A stretch of DNA of 64,000 nucleotides from Candidatus Poseidoniaceae archaeon (GTDB lineage Archaea > Thermoplasmatota > Poseidoniia > Poseidoniales > Poseidoniaceae), in NCBI GenBank assembly GCA_049616955.1, contig JBMZIJ010000009.1, forward strand, positions 348 through 64,347, written 5' to 3'. Shown piece by piece: positions 19,162 through 29,644 of the stretch (position 1 is its first letter; the number at the start of each line of letters is the position of its first letter). The position numbers and the translations under genes are program-made. The notes under the pieces were generated by a model. The model did not search any database and had not been told where the DNA came from. It saw only the letters and a list, made by a program, of their open reading frames with translations.

Positions 19162-19788
19162 ATGTCGGAGAGCGAGAGCATCCATTCATCAGGTGGTTCC
19201 AGTTCCTCAACGACTGACCTTGGTGTAAGTGAAGCCTCGCTGGAGCTCGCTGAACGCGTTGCGCTTCGGTTGGACATTTACGATAAACCTGCAATCTTCA
19301 ACATGCTCTCAAGTCGAGCAAAACGAGGAGCGGGCATCGTTACTGTTTCGATTCTCTTTTGGTGGCTCTTGATTGGGAATTCATCCTCAGATGATCTTTC
19401 CATTGGCGTCTCTGAATTCTTTGATTTGGATTACAATGAAGTCGCTCTTGCGGTCATGGTGCTTGCGTTTTTACACTCTGCATTCGGAGATTTTGGCCGA
19501 GAGATGGGTTCACTTGTTCCTTCCTTAATCTCTGGATTCATGATCATCATGGTTCTTCTCTACGTTGGAGAGCCGCTTGTTACAGCATTCATGTCCGATT
19601 CCCTCGAAGTGAATACAGGGCTATGGCGAAGTCTTCGGTTGGCACTCGTTGGAGCAGGTACTGTGTACGGCGGCCACCTTATCGTCGATGCCTATCTGTT
19701 GCTTTGGCTGCGTCGTTTCCTTGAAGCGAACGAAGATATTGTTCTCACACCACCGGGAGAGCACGAGGAAAGCATCACAACTGAATGA
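19162..19788 (+). CDS. Hypothetical membrane protein (about 4 TM helices)
   Basis: It is a long ORF with a Ser-rich N-terminus and hydrophobic segments. ATG 19162 is preferred because starts at 19039 or 19108 would overlap folP. Confidence 0.45.
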   Translation: MSESESIHSSGGSSSSTTDLGVSEASLELAERVALRLDIYDKPAIFNMLSSRAKRGAGIVTVSILFWWLLIGNSSSDDLSIGVSEFFDLDYNEVALAVMVLAFLHSAFGDFGREMGSLVPSLISGFMIIMVLLYVGEPLVTAFMSDSLEVNTGLWRSLRLALVGAGTVYGGHLIVDAYLLLWLRRFLEANEDIVLTPPGEHEESITTE

Positions 19789-19828
19789 TATCCGCTTCCT
19801 TCTTGAATACCATGGTCGAGGGAGTCAC

Positions 19829-20383
19829 ATGGCGGAACATGATGTCATCATCCTTCGCCTTGGGTATCGACTCGGAAGAGATCCAAGGATTACAACGCAT
19901 CTTGCCTTGGTTGCAAGGGCGCTAGGGGCAAATCGTTTCCTCTTTTCTGGTGATGAAGATGAGCGCCTCTCGGAAAACATTCAATCGGTCAACCAACGAT
20001 TTGGTGGAGACATGCATGTTGAACACATCAAGAGTCCAATGGCTTGGCTGAGAAAATTTGTAACTGATGGTGTTGATGGAAATCCCCCAGGTATTGCCGT
20101 GCATCTCACGATGTATGGTGCATCATACAGAAGTGTAACACCTACAATTCGAAGAGACCGGCCTGTTGTCGTAATTGTTGGTGGAGCGAAAGTTCCGTCT
20201 GAGGTCTTCCAAGTATCACAATACAACCTCGCAGTTGGCAATCAACCGCACTCCGAAGTTGCAGCTTTGGCGTTGTTTTTGGATGGATGGTACGGTACAG
20301 GTTCGGTCGAGAGAACCCTCGATGGTGGTGAATTAATCATCAACCCGAGCAACACCGGAAAAGACGTCACTGATACCAAATAA
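19829..20383 (+). CDS. trm56: tRNA (cytidine56-2'-O)-methyltransferase aTrm56 (SPOUT)
   Basis: Motifs ILRLGYR..RD.RITTH.ALVARA.GA, VHLTMYG, GGAKVP and NQPHSEVAALALFLD match aTrm56. ATG 19829 lies inside the longer ORF from 19649. Confidence 0.85.
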   Translation: MAEHDVIILRLGYRLGRDPRITTHLALVARALGANRFLFSGDEDERLSENIQSVNQRFGGDMHVEHIKSPMAWLRKFVTDGVDGNPPGIAVHLTMYGASYRSVTPTIRRDRPVVVIVGGAKVPSEVFQVSQYNLAVGNQPHSEVAALALFLDGWYGTGSVERTLDGGELIINPSNTGKDVTDTK

Positions 20384-20419
20384 CGTCATGAATTCCATTG
20401 GAAACCATCCCCAAGCATT

Positions 20420-21751
20420 ATGGATGGCCTATATCGAATACCGCTGATGTCAATGCATGGTAGCGGCCCTTCCGGATTCGCCCCGGGTCGACTCAACCAT
20501 GGCGTTGTTGATGCACCTCAATTCACAGACGCTGCTGACCCTCTTTTTGACAAATCGAATCTTCCACAAAAAGCGAGTGGAGACGGTTTACTCTTGCTCG
20601 CTGATGGAGGCCGATTCGAAGGAACATTGTTTGGATCAGAAGGTTTTGGAGAAGGCGAACTTGTATTCACAACAGGTATGATGGGATATCAAGAATCGCT
20701 AACAGATCCATCCTGGGCAGGTCAGATTCTTACATTCACATATCCCTTGATTGGGAACTATGGAATCCATGGAGGGAAGTCGGAATCTCGAGCCGTATGG
20801 CCAAAGGGGGTTGTTGTTCGACACGCCATGACGGATCCTGATCATCGAGATTCCATTGGAACCGTTTCAGAACTCCTCCAAGCACATGGCGTCCCGGGAA
20901 TTGAGAATGTCGATACTCGTGCCATCACACGACGTGTTCGAGAACTCGGCACCGTTCTCTGTATTTTTGGTCCGAAAGAGAAGGAACAGGAGATGCTGAA
21001 ACGACTGGAATCGATGACATCGCCAGAACTTGATGATTTGGTTGATCTTGTTTCAATCGATGAACCAGTTGTCCTCAATCCAGGTGCAACCGACGATCTA
21101 GGTCAGCCCTTACCCCGAATAGGAGCATTGGATTGTGGCGTAAAATACAACATTTTGAGGAATCTATCGAAACGGTTCGAGGTCGTATGGTGTCCGCCTG
21201 ACATCGACATGGATACGCTGAATGGATTTGGTATCCAAGCCTTGTTTTGCTCGAATGGTCCAGGAGACCCAGCTCATCCTGGCAAGGCCACATCTGCTCG
21301 ACATACACTCGCAAATGCTGTTGCCTCCGGACTTCCTGTGATGGGCATCTGCCTTGGACATCAACTCATGGGGCTTGCATCTGGTCTCAAAACCTACAAG
21401 ATGCGCTATGGCCATCGAGGCGCAAACCAACCGGTTGTTGATTTGAAGACTCGACGTGTTTGGATCACGTCACAAAATCATGGCTTTGCTGTTGCCGACC
21501 CAGAGCATGGGATGCTTGCAGCCCATCCAAGTGGAGCCACATCGCCAGAAGGTGAGAACCTTCACGGATACGATGTCGAAGTGCGATACATCAATGCAAA
21601 CGACAAGACTGTTGAAGGGTTAGATGTTCTTGGAAGACCTTGTTTTACCGTTCAATTCCACCCCGAGGCCTGTCCTGGACCTCACGATGCAGAGCCACTG
21701 TTCGACCGATTCCGAACGATGGTTGACGAACACCTTCGAGGTGATGCATGA
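20420..21751 (+). CDS. carA: Carbamoyl-phosphate synthase small (glutaminase) subunit
   Basis: It has VFTTGMMGYQESLTDPSWAGQILTFTYPLIGNYG, the catalytic GICLGHQL and an HPE motif. There are about 55 extra N-terminal residues, so the start is uncertain. Confidence 0.93.
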   Translation: MDGLYRIPLMSMHGSGPSGFAPGRLNHGVVDAPQFTDAADPLFDKSNLPQKASGDGLLLLADGGRFEGTLFGSEGFGEGELVFTTGMMGYQESLTDPSWAGQILTFTYPLIGNYGIHGGKSESRAVWPKGVVVRHAMTDPDHRDSIGTVSELLQAHGVPGIENVDTRAITRRVRELGTVLCIFGPKEKEQEMLKRLESMTSPELDDLVDLVSIDEPVVLNPGATDDLGQPLPRIGALDCGVKYNILRNLSKRFEVVWCPPDIDMDTLNGFGIQALFCSNGPGDPAHPGKATSARHTLANAVASGLPVMGICLGHQLMGLASGLKTYKMRYGHRGANQPVVDLKTRRVWITSQNHGFAVADPEHGMLAAHPSGATSPEGENLHGYDVEVRYINANDKTVEGLDVLGRPCFTVQFHPEACPGPHDAEPLFDRFRTMVDEHLRGDA

Positions 21752-24700
21752 TGCCGAGAAGAGACGATCTCAATACCATCCTCGTGCTTGGCTCAGGGCC
21801 AATCAAGATCGGACAGGCTGCTGAGTTTGACTTCTCAGGTTCTCAGGCCGTTCGTGCACTCCGAGAAGATGGTTACGAAGTGATTCTTGTCAACTCGAAT
21901 CCTGCAACAATTCAGAACGACCCAGAAATGGCCGATCGAGTTTACATTGAACCTTTACTCCCTGATACGGTACGAAAGATTCTGGAAATCGAAAAGCCAG
22001 ACGCTCTCCTCGCTGGGATGGGTGGCCAAACAGCGCTCAACATTGCAAGCGAGTTATCGCACGATGGGACACTTGAACGACTCGGTGTCGAATTAATCGG
22101 TTCAGACCTTGATGCCATCGACAAGGCAGAAGACCGTGAATTGTTCAATCAAGTCTGTGAGTCTATCGACCTTCCAATTTCACAAGCTATCGCCTGCAAC
22201 TCGATGGAAGAAGTCATCAAAGCCGCTGAAGAAATTGGCTCATGGCCAATTTTGATTCGCCCAGCATTCACGCTCGGTGGATTGGGAGGAGGAACTGCGT
22301 TCGATATGGGTCAGTTGGTTGAAATTGCGACGCTTGGACTGCGAAACTCGCGCATCAATCAGGTTCTGATCGAAGAGTCCATTCTTGGATGGCAGGAACT
22401 TGAATACGAAGTTATGCGGGATACTGCAGACAATGCAACCATCGTATGTACCATGGAAAACATCGACCCAATGGGTGTACATACCGGTGAATCCGTAGTT
22501 GTTGCACCTCTCCAATCCTTTTCTGATGCAGACCATCAAGAACTTCGTGACAAAGCACTCGCCCTAATACGGGAATTGAACATCAAAGGTGGTTGCAATG
22601 TACAGTTTGCATTCAATCAATTCACTGGTGAAATTCGAGTGATTGAAGTCAACCCTCGTGTCAGTCGTTCCTCTGCACTTGCATCGAAGGCAACGGGATA
22701 CCCCATTGCTCGAATGGCAGCAAAGATTGCCGTTGGATACACACTGGACGAACTACCAAACCCGATAACAGGAGAAGGAACAACGGCCGCATTTGAACCG
22801 ACCCTGGATTATGTTGTCGTCAAAATCCCTCGCTGGCCGTTTGATAAATTCAGGACTGCCGATCGTACACTTGGTACTTCGATGAAGTCGACCGGTGAAG
22901 TGATGGCCATTGGCAGGAATTTCGAAGAAGCCTTCCTCAAGGCATGGGCTTCTCTCGAACAAGGTTGCCCATATCCAAGACCGTTGACACGTGCGGATGA
23001 ATCTGAAGGTGAAGGCATGGCAGAACGCGCCCATGAGCAACTTCCAGACAGTGTCCTCGTTGATTGGCTGCGAACTGCAACGGATCGAAGAATGGGAGCA
23101 CTCCTCGAAGCGTTTCGACGTGGATGGAGCATCGAACAAGTACACGAAATCACACGAATCACACGATGGTTCCTCCAACGCTTCGAACACATCGCTCAGA
23201 TGGAATCCGAACTGGTTGGCATGGAGGTTCGACCAACCTCACTCGATCGGAAAACAATGGTTCACTACAAATCGCATGGATTTAGCGATGCTCACATCGC
23301 AGATGCACTCAACGGATTCAATCCAACTGGTTGGAAGGCATTACCAAACGACTGCAATGAAGAATCAGTGATGCTTCGTCGTCATGAATTGAAGGTTCAT
23401 CCGCGCTATCGCATGGTCGACTCTTGCGCTGCTGAATTCGCAGCGAAAACCCCGTATTATTACTCAACCTACGAGCCTTTCCAAGATGATGGAATCGATC
23501 ATGTCCCCAATTTGGAAAAGCGGAACAAACAACGTATGGTTGCCATTGGTTCTGGACCGATTCGAATCGGTCAAGGTATTGAATTCGATTATGGATGTGT
23601 CCACGCTGTGATGGCCATCCGTTCGGCAGGAATGGATGCTGTTCTCATCAACAACAATCCAGAAACAGTTTCAACAGACTTTGATACTTCAGACCGCTTG
23701 TATTTTGATCCTTTAACAAGCGAATGTGTTTCCGAAATCCTTCTTCGCGAGAAAGCACATGGAATTCTTTTGCAGTTCGGTGGGCAAACGGCGATCAATC
23801 TCGCTCAACCTATCGAAAAGCGCCTTGACCACTTAGCCTCGAAAGGAGCAGAAGTACAGATTCTAGGAACCAGTGTTGACGGAATTGACGAGGCAAGCGA
23901 TCGAGAACGGTTCGAAGCGTTTGCAAAGAACAACGGACTTCGTATGCCAAATGGAGCGACTGGAACGACTGCGGACGATATACGCAAGGCTGTTGCCGAC
24001 ATTGGATTCCCTGTTCTCATTCGACCTTCATACGTTCTTGGTGGCCGAGGAATGGAAATCTTGGCAAATGAAACGCAACTCGAGGCTTACCTCAAAGAGG
24101 CCTATCTTGCTCCAGACAAGCCTTTGTTGGTCGATGAGTACCTCGGTCACGCTACAGAACTGGATGTCGATGCAGCTGCTGATGGAAAAGAGGTTCTGGT
24201 TGGAGCGATTATGGAACACCTCGAAGAGGCAGGCATTCACTCCGGAGATTCGACCTGTTTTATTCCTGCCCAAAACATAAGTGATGAAATGCTTACTCGA
24301 GTTGCAGAACAAACGAAAACCATTGGATTAGGACTCAACATCAAGGGTTGTTTCAACATTCAGTTTGCCATCCAAGGCGATGATTTGTATGTCCTTGAAG
24401 TCAATCCTCGATCCTCACGAACCGTACCATTCGTAGCCAAATCATCTGGATTACCATTAGCGAAAATTGCTGCAAACGTTACAATCGGAATCCCACTTTC
24501 AAAACAGACAATTCCAAAGCGAACGTCGGGTCAAATATGTGTCAAGGCACCCGTCTTCCCGTTCATCAAACTGCGAGGGCTTGATCCTGCGCCAGGTCCT
24601 GAAATGAAGTCCACTGGAGAAGTCTACGGTTCCGATGTTTCAGCAGACGTTGCATACCTCAAAGCACGATTGGCTACAGAAGTTCCTGTCGCAAGTGCTG

Positions 24701-25110
24701 GAGGCGTTTACCTAACTGTTCGAGATGAGGACAAAGATGGTCTTGTTCCAATTGCGGATGAGTTGTGTGAACTTGGATTCACACTCTATGCTACACCTGG
24801 AACAGCGGATGTTCTTCGAGCAGCCAATGTTGATGTTACAACCGTCTATAGAATCAATGAAAGGAAGCATCCAGATGCATTAGATTTGATGCGTCGAGGA
24901 GACATCTCCTTCATTGTCAATGTTCCTACCGTATCGGGAGGAGCCGTTCGTGATGGGAACATGATGCGACGACTTGCTGTGGAATTGAACATTCCGTTTG
25001 TAACAACGATTCGTGGAGCACGGATGGAGACTGCAGCAATTCGTGCCCTCATCGAGAAAGACATCGTACCGAGGAAACTTGAAGTTCATTACGATTCGAA
25101 GTTCCTCTGA
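21748..25110 (+). CDS. carB: Carbamoyl-phosphate synthase large subunit
   Basis: It has duplicated ATP-grasp halves (GSGPI.IGQ..EFDY twice, EVNPR.SRS twice) and an MGS-like C-terminus. There is a 4-nt overlap with carA. Confidence 0.97.
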   Translation: MMPRRDDLNTILVLGSGPIKIGQAAEFDFSGSQAVRALREDGYEVILVNSNPATIQNDPEMADRVYIEPLLPDTVRKILEIEKPDALLAGMGGQTALNIASELSHDGTLERLGVELIGSDLDAIDKAEDRELFNQVCESIDLPISQAIACNSMEEVIKAAEEIGSWPILIRPAFTLGGLGGGTAFDMGQLVEIATLGLRNSRINQVLIEESILGWQELEYEVMRDTADNATIVCTMENIDPMGVHTGESVVVAPLQSFSDADHQELRDKALALIRELNIKGGCNVQFAFNQFTGEIRVIEVNPRVSRSSALASKATGYPIARMAAKIAVGYTLDELPNPITGEGTTAAFEPTLDYVVVKIPRWPFDKFRTADRTLGTSMKSTGEVMAIGRNFEEAFLKAWASLEQGCPYPRPLTRADESEGEGMAERAHEQLPDSVLVDWLRTATDRRMGALLEAFRRGWSIEQVHEITRITRWFLQRFEHIAQMESELVGMEVRPTSLDRKTMVHYKSHGFSDAHIADALNGFNPTGWKALPNDCNEESVMLRRHELKVHPRYRMVDSCAAEFAAKTPYYYSTYEPFQDDGIDHVPNLEKRNKQRMVAIGSGPIRIGQGIEFDYGCVHAVMAIRSAGMDAVLINNNPETVSTDFDTSDRLYFDPLTSECVSEILLREKAHGILLQFGGQTAINLAQPIEKRLDHLASKGAEVQILGTSVDGIDEASDRERFEAFAKNNGLRMPNGATGTTADDIRKAVADIGFPVLIRPSYVLGGRGMEILANETQLEAYLKEAYLAPDKPLLVDEYLGHATELDVDAAADGKEVLVGAIMEHLEEAGIHSGDSTCFIPAQNISDEMLTRVAEQTKTIGLGLNIKGCFNIQFAIQGDDLYVLEVNPRSSRTVPFVAKSSGLPLAKIAANVTIGIPLSKQTIPKRTSGQICVKAPVFPFIKLRGLDPAPGPEMKSTGEVYGSDVSADVAYLKARLATEVPVASAGGVYLTVRDEDKDGLVPIADELCELGFTLYATPGTADVLRAANVDVTTVYRINERKHPDALDLMRRGDISFIVNVPTVSGGAVRDGNMMRRLAVELNIPFVTTIRGARMETAAIRALIEKDIVPRKLEVHYDSKFL

Positions 25111-25166
25111 TGCATTGGTTTCCATCAACCGCTTCATCCATAAACCATCACTCTCGAACGTCGGGT

Positions 25167-25643
25167 ATGGACATCGTTGCGTTGTCACAATCGGATCTCG
25201 ATTCGATTTGGTCCATCAATGAACAAGGCCTACCAGGAACAGGGCAAGTTTCGAAAGAAGAAATCCTACAATTACTGGAATTCTCATCCCTTTCTCTTGG
25301 AGCATACAGAGAAGGTGAGTTGCTTGGATTCGTCATTTGTTTACCTCCCAAAACAGCGTATGGAAGCCTCAATTATGCATGGTTTAACCAACATTATACT
25401 TCGTTCATTTATGTGGATCGAATCGCTGTATCTAAACAACATCGAGATTTAGGAGTAGGATCTGCCTTGTACAATCATGTCGTAGCATACTCGCAACAAC
25501 ACGCAGTTCCAGTAGCTGCAGAGGTGAACAAGGAACCACCGAATCCAGGTTCAATCCGATTTCATCACCGATTTGGCTTCGAAGAAGTCGGGGTTCTTCA
25601 TCATGCAGAAAAATCTGTTACGATGTTCTTGAGGAAAGCATAG
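25167..25643 (+). CDS. GNAT-family N-acetyltransferase
   Basis: The acetyl-CoA-binding motif A is V...HRDLGVGSALY, and FHHRFGF lies near the C-terminus. An alternative ATG at 25110 shares one base with the carB stop. Confidence 0.75.
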   Translation: MDIVALSQSDLDSIWSINEQGLPGTGQVSKEEILQLLEFSSLSLGAYREGELLGFVICLPPKTAYGSLNYAWFNQHYTSFIYVDRIAVSKQHRDLGVGSALYNHVVAYSQQHAVPVAAEVNKEPPNPGSIRFHHRFGFEEVGVLHHAEKSVTMFLRKA

Positions 25644-25869
25644 GATCGATTCGGATTCGATTCCCGATCCAAAAGCCTACAATATTGACGATGATATCCG
25701 ATATTTTGTTGTCAATTGTTTCCTTAGCAAATTCATAAGGCAAGTACAATTCAAGAATCTCCCACCCTATAGAGAGAGCCAAGAAAAGATACCAGTTCTT
25801 GAGGAAGAAACGACCGAGGATTGACCACTGGATAAAATGGCCAAGAGACCATAGATTGAGCAATGTCAT
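25618..25869 (-). CDS. Small hypothetical membrane protein (2-3 TM helices)
   Basis: It is an 83-aa hydrophobic ORF filling the GNAT-thiolase gap, but it overlaps the GNAT 3' end by 26 nt. Support is weak. Confidence 0.35.
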   Translation of the reverse strand: MTLLNLWSLGHFIQWSILGRFFLKNWYLFLALSIGWEILELYLPYEFAKETIDNKISDIIVNIVGFWIGNRIRIDPMLSSRTS

Positions 25870-25874
25870 ACAAA

Positions 25875-27095
25875 TCAGAGTGCCTCAATGACGATGGCGA
25901 TACCTTGTCCTCCACCGATGCATGCTGTAGCAATACCATACTTTCCACCGGATCGCTTCAACTCATGGGCGAGCGTGAGCGTGAGACGAGTTCCTGTTGC
26001 GGCAAGTGGGTGTCCGAGACCAACTGCACCGCCGTTAACGTTGACTTTATCCTCATCAAGGCCAAGTTCCTTGACGCAAGCAACGGCTTGGCCTGCGAAT
26101 GCTTCGTTGATTTCCCATCGATCGATATCTTCGATGGACAGGCCTGTGCGTTCCAATGCTTTGCGTGATGCTGGCACAGGTCCATATGCCATGATTGCTG
26201 GTTCGAGTCCGACAATTCCCCAGCCAACGATACGAGCGAGTGGTTCGTCTCCATCTGCTTCTGCTTGTGATGCCGATTTGATGACTACCGCTGCCGCACC
26301 ATCGACGATTCCTGAGGCATTTCCAGCTGTTACGAGTGAGTCGGGGCCAAAGGCTGTCGGAAGTTTCGAGAGTGACTCAGGGGATGTGTCACGTACAACG
26401 TGATCTTCGTCCTTCGCTGTGATAACTTTCTCACCACGACGTGACTTAATGACGACATCCACGATTTCATCATCGAAGACACCGTTCTCGATTGAAGCGA
26501 GCGTACGTTGGTGAGATCGTGCCGCGAAGGCGTCCGTTTCCTCACGAGTAACACCTTTTCGTGCACAAATCTCGTCGCTTGTTTGCGCCATAAACTTCCC
26601 ACAGGTCATATCCTGCAGATTGGTCATCATGTAATCCTCAACAGGAGGTGAACGTCCGAGTTTCCAGCCGTCACGTGCGCCTCGAAGGACGTGCGGAGCT
26701 TGGGATAGATTCTCCATACCACCTGCAACAACCGTGGATGCTTCATCAAGCATAATCATCTGTGCACCAGTAACGATGGACTGAATTCCAGAGCCACAGA
26801 TTCGAGAAAGCGTCAACATAGGGACTTCTTGAGGAATACCCGCCTTGAGCCCAGCATGTCGTGCCCCATAGATGGACTGTGAACATGTTTGAAGCGCATA
26901 TCCCATAACGACATGATCGACGCTTTCTGGAGCAGTATTTGTCTTCTCCAATGCGCCTTTGATGGCAATCGAGCCTAATTCTTGTGCACTCACTGTTTTG
27001 AGAAGGCCACCGGGTTTACCATCACCACGCTTTCCACCAACCCATTCACAAAATGGAGTTCTCGCTCCTCCAACCAGTACGACATCTTCAGCCAT
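25875..27095 (-). CDS. Acetyl-CoA C-acetyltransferase (bacterial-type thiolase II)
   Basis: The active-site Cys context is LSRICGSGIQS. Motifs NVNGGAVGLGHPL and ATACIGGGQG lie near the C-terminus. Confidence 0.93.
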   Translation of the reverse strand: MAEDVVLVGGARTPFCEWVGGKRGDGKPGGLLKTVSAQELGSIAIKGALEKTNTAPESVDHVVMGYALQTCSQSIYGARHAGLKAGIPQEVPMLTLSRICGSGIQSIVTGAQMIMLDEASTVVAGGMENLSQAPHVLRGARDGWKLGRSPPVEDYMMTNLQDMTCGKFMAQTSDEICARKGVTREETDAFAARSHQRTLASIENGVFDDEIVDVVIKSRRGEKVITAKDEDHVVRDTSPESLSKLPTAFGPDSLVTAGNASGIVDGAAAVVIKSASQAEADGDEPLARIVGWGIVGLEPAIMAYGPVPASRKALERTGLSIEDIDRWEINEAFAGQAVACVKELGLDEDKVNVNGGAVGLGHPLAATGTRLTLTLAHELKRSGGKYGIATACIGGGQGIAIVIEAL

Positions 27096-27140
27096 GAATC
27101 TCCGAACTCAATTCGGGTCAAGAAGGATGCGCTTCTACGC

Positions 27141-28499
27141 TTAGAGGTTCATCAAGGTAACAATGAGGCCACCAATAGTCAAGCACAATGGAATCATCAT
27201 GACTTCAAACGAAGATCGCATACGCCCAAGATTTGCGAGTTCAGTTCCACGCTGTAAGGTCGCTTTGACACCTGGAGCATCTTCACCAACAACCTCCAGA
27301 AGCGTGTTTTGAAGCGTTCCATCGAGCCCTTCATTTTGTATTTCTTCTTGAGGTCGGCTTCGTGTTGTCCCAACAAGATAAACTGGATTTCCAATTCTTA
27401 GAGCATAGACCGTCCATCGATGCTTGACCACATTCCCTCCAGTAAACAAACGTGCTGCGAACTCCATTCCAAGTTCCTTTTTGAGCGAATCTGCATGGTT
27501 GGATTCCCAACGCTTGAGGTATTGCCCCATATCTGTGCGCTTGAACGTTGTTGGATTGACGAGAATACCTCCAGTTCCATCATTGAGAATGAATGGTACA
27601 CCGCCATTGTCTTCTCGGATGGTTCTCCAATACTCTCTTGTCTGAGTTTTTCCTTCGCTATCGGTTGTCGTCTCCCGAATCTTTACCTCATAAGACCAGT
27701 GAAAATTGACACAATTAGGAATGACTCGATTTGGATGACCATCAACAACTACACGTAGAACACCGGACTTGGAGGGTCGTACTTGACCAACAAGTTCTGG
27801 ATTTCCAACGGCAACTGAGCGAACAAGACTGGTTGGTGTATCTGCCATTTGTCGTTGCATCTTGTATTGGAAATAGCCAATGAGGCTCCAAATGATCCCG
27901 ACTCCCAATGCTACATATGGGATGAACGAGAGGTCTTCGTCCGGAGTGGAATTCTCAACGGCATACCAAGCCCCGACACAGAGGCCGATGACGAAGAGAA
28001 TCATCATGATACCATACGTCGAGAGTGTTGCTGGACGAGGTGTTCCCACATTCGCAGGATGCTCCGGAAGAGGCGTACCATCGCCATGAGGAAGATATTG
28101 ATTCTCGTTCCACGTTGTGGGTCCTGGAGCAGCGAGAATCCAATCACTCGGATCCGTTGTTGGTGTGTATGAGGTGCGCCCCATCCACCATGAGTCAATG
28201 GAGAAGCCCTTCTCAAGTGCTTCTCTTTCCAAATCTTCTGGTTGTGGTGCAGCTGTACGAACCTTGTGAAGGTCTGCCTCAAGCGACCCAGGTGAACTCA
28301 ATCCCACAAAAAGAAGGCCGAAGAGTGAAATGACTGGATTAACGACAATCCCTGCAACGATCATGAGCATTCCAATGACCCATCCAATCCAATATTGCCA
28401 TCTGTAGGGTAGGGTGAGTTGGAAAAATCCTCGGTCAAGGTCGAGTTCACTGATGTTCATAGCGAGCCCACTACGTCCAACCTTATGTGAATAACTCAA
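27141..28499 (-). CDS. Hypothetical membrane protein, possibly with a GIDE-like domain
   Basis: It has several N-terminal TM helices and one C-terminal TM helix. The central segment VGNPELVGQV.......C.....Y......PF.L.DGTG.ILV.P resembles the GIDE (MUL1-type) domain as I remember it. Confidence 0.5.
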   Translation of the reverse strand: MSYSHKVGRSGLAMNISELDLDRGFFQLTLPYRWQYWIGWVIGMLMIVAGIVVNPVISLFGLLFVGLSSPGSLEADLHKVRTAAPQPEDLEREALEKGFSIDSWWMGRTSYTPTTDPSDWILAAPGPTTWNENQYLPHGDGTPLPEHPANVGTPRPATLSTYGIMMILFVIGLCVGAWYAVENSTPDEDLSFIPYVALGVGIIWSLIGYFQYKMQRQMADTPTSLVRSVAVGNPELVGQVRPSKSGVLRVVVDGHPNRVIPNCVNFHWSYEVKIRETTTDSEGKTQTREYWRTIREDNGGVPFILNDGTGGILVNPTTFKRTDMGQYLKRWESNHADSLKKELGMEFAARLFTGGNVVKHRWTVYALRIGNPVYLVGTTRSRPQEEIQNEGLDGTLQNTLLEVVGEDAPGVKATLQRGTELANLGRMRSSFEVMMIPLCLTIGGLIVTLMNL

Positions 28500-28966
28500 T
28501 TTTCTGCGAGGATTCCGACAACTTTGACAAGGATTCGTTTCGGACGTCGTCCATCAAATTCTGCATAGTGAATTTGTTCCCAGGTGCCTAGTTGTAGCCG
28601 CCCGTTCTGAACAGACATGGTGACTTGTTGTCCAAGCAATTGTCGCTTTAGATGAGCGTCTCCATTGTCTTCACCTGTTCTATGATGATGATATTCTTCC
28701 CCATCTTGACCATCTTGGCCGTGAAAAGGAGCCAATTTTTCAAGCCACGCCAAAATATCGTGATGGAGGCCATACTCGAGATCGTTCACATAACAAGATG
28801 CTGTAATGTGCATTGGATTGACAAGAACCAATCCGTCTTCAATACCACTCTCTTGTACAATTCGCTCAACATCGTTCGTGATGCAAACAATCTGGTATCG
28901 TTCAGGAGTTGTGATGGTTAATTCTTCCGTGTAGGTTGCATATTCGCCCGTCTTTCGAACGCCCAC
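28496..28966 (-). CDS. YjbQ/UPF0047 family protein (secondary thiamine-phosphate synthase-like)
   Basis: Motifs are HITASCYVNDLE, GDAHLKRQLLG and GTWQ-like GTWEQIHYAEFDG.R.R. Confidence 0.85.
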   Translation of the reverse strand: MGVRKTGEYATYTEELTITTPERYQIVCITNDVERIVQESGIEDGLVLVNPMHITASCYVNDLEYGLHHDILAWLEKLAPFHGQDGQDGEEYHHHRTGEDNGDAHLKRQLLGQQVTMSVQNGRLQLGTWEQIHYAEFDGRRPKRILVKVVGILAEN

Positions 28967-28970
28967 TGGT

Positions 28971-29594
28971 TCAACCCCAAAGAGAGGAGTCGTCCATCAT
29001 CGAATTGTTGACCATTAATGGGATGGCAACGAGAAGACCACAGATTCCATTGCAAATGACCTGCCCTCCAATTTGCGAGCCGTAGTAGAAGCTCTCATTC
29101 ACTCCCGTCCCTGTAAAATCAACTGGCATGAGGGCGATTTGTGCTAATCCAAGGATTAGTGTTACGAGGATGAGAATCCAAGATAGTTGTACTCCACTTT
29201 TCTTCCTTTGATTGATTTGAGCCCCCGAGAGGACAAAACCAACACCAATGAGTGTGCTTAGCATTGAAAACGCAATCATCATAGTACCAGAACCTCCAGT
29301 ATCAAACTGAGATTCCAACAATGCACCTCCGAAGACACCAATTATCCCTCCCAAGGCATTCAAAGCCCCATAGATGATAACAAAGATACCAATCACTTTT
29401 GGTGCTGAAGAAGGCTGTTGCAGCATGATCATCTGTGGTTGAGCACCATACATCTGTTGAGGGGCTGCCATCGTTTGTGGCTGACCTGTAATCATAACGG
29501 ATGGTATTGCATCACTTTGTGCCGACTCGACTTCTCCCCAGAAGTCTTCTTTCTCTTCCATGCCGATTCCAAGTCGTGGAGATTTATGAATCAT
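28971..29594 (-). CDS. Hypothetical membrane protein with a Q/P/M-rich N-terminal region
   Basis: It is a 207-aa ORF containing QPQTMAAPQQMYGAQPQMIMLQQP, followed by 4 hydrophobic segments. Confidence 0.5.
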   Translation of the reverse strand: MIHKSPRLGIGMEEKEDFWGEVESAQSDAIPSVMITGQPQTMAAPQQMYGAQPQMIMLQQPSSAPKVIGIFVIIYGALNALGGIIGVFGGALLESQFDTGGSGTMMIAFSMLSTLIGVGFVLSGAQINQRKKSGVQLSWILILVTLILGLAQIALMPVDFTGTGVNESFYYGSQIGGQVICNGICGLLVAIPLMVNNSMMDDSSLWG

Positions 29595-29644
29595 CGGTCT
29601 TCTTCAAGAAGGTCAACCACTTGGCTTGGATTGGAGGAGAGGTC

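Noticed and set aside
20420-20590. An extension of about 55 aa at the N-terminus of CarA.
   Set aside because: It is probably a start-codon assignment issue. The ORF happens to be open upstream, and the extension has no recognisable feature.
25888-26403. A 171-aa Pro/Ala/Ser-rich ORF antisense to the thiolase gene.
   Set aside because: It is a shadow ORF opposite a gene with complete thiolase signatures.
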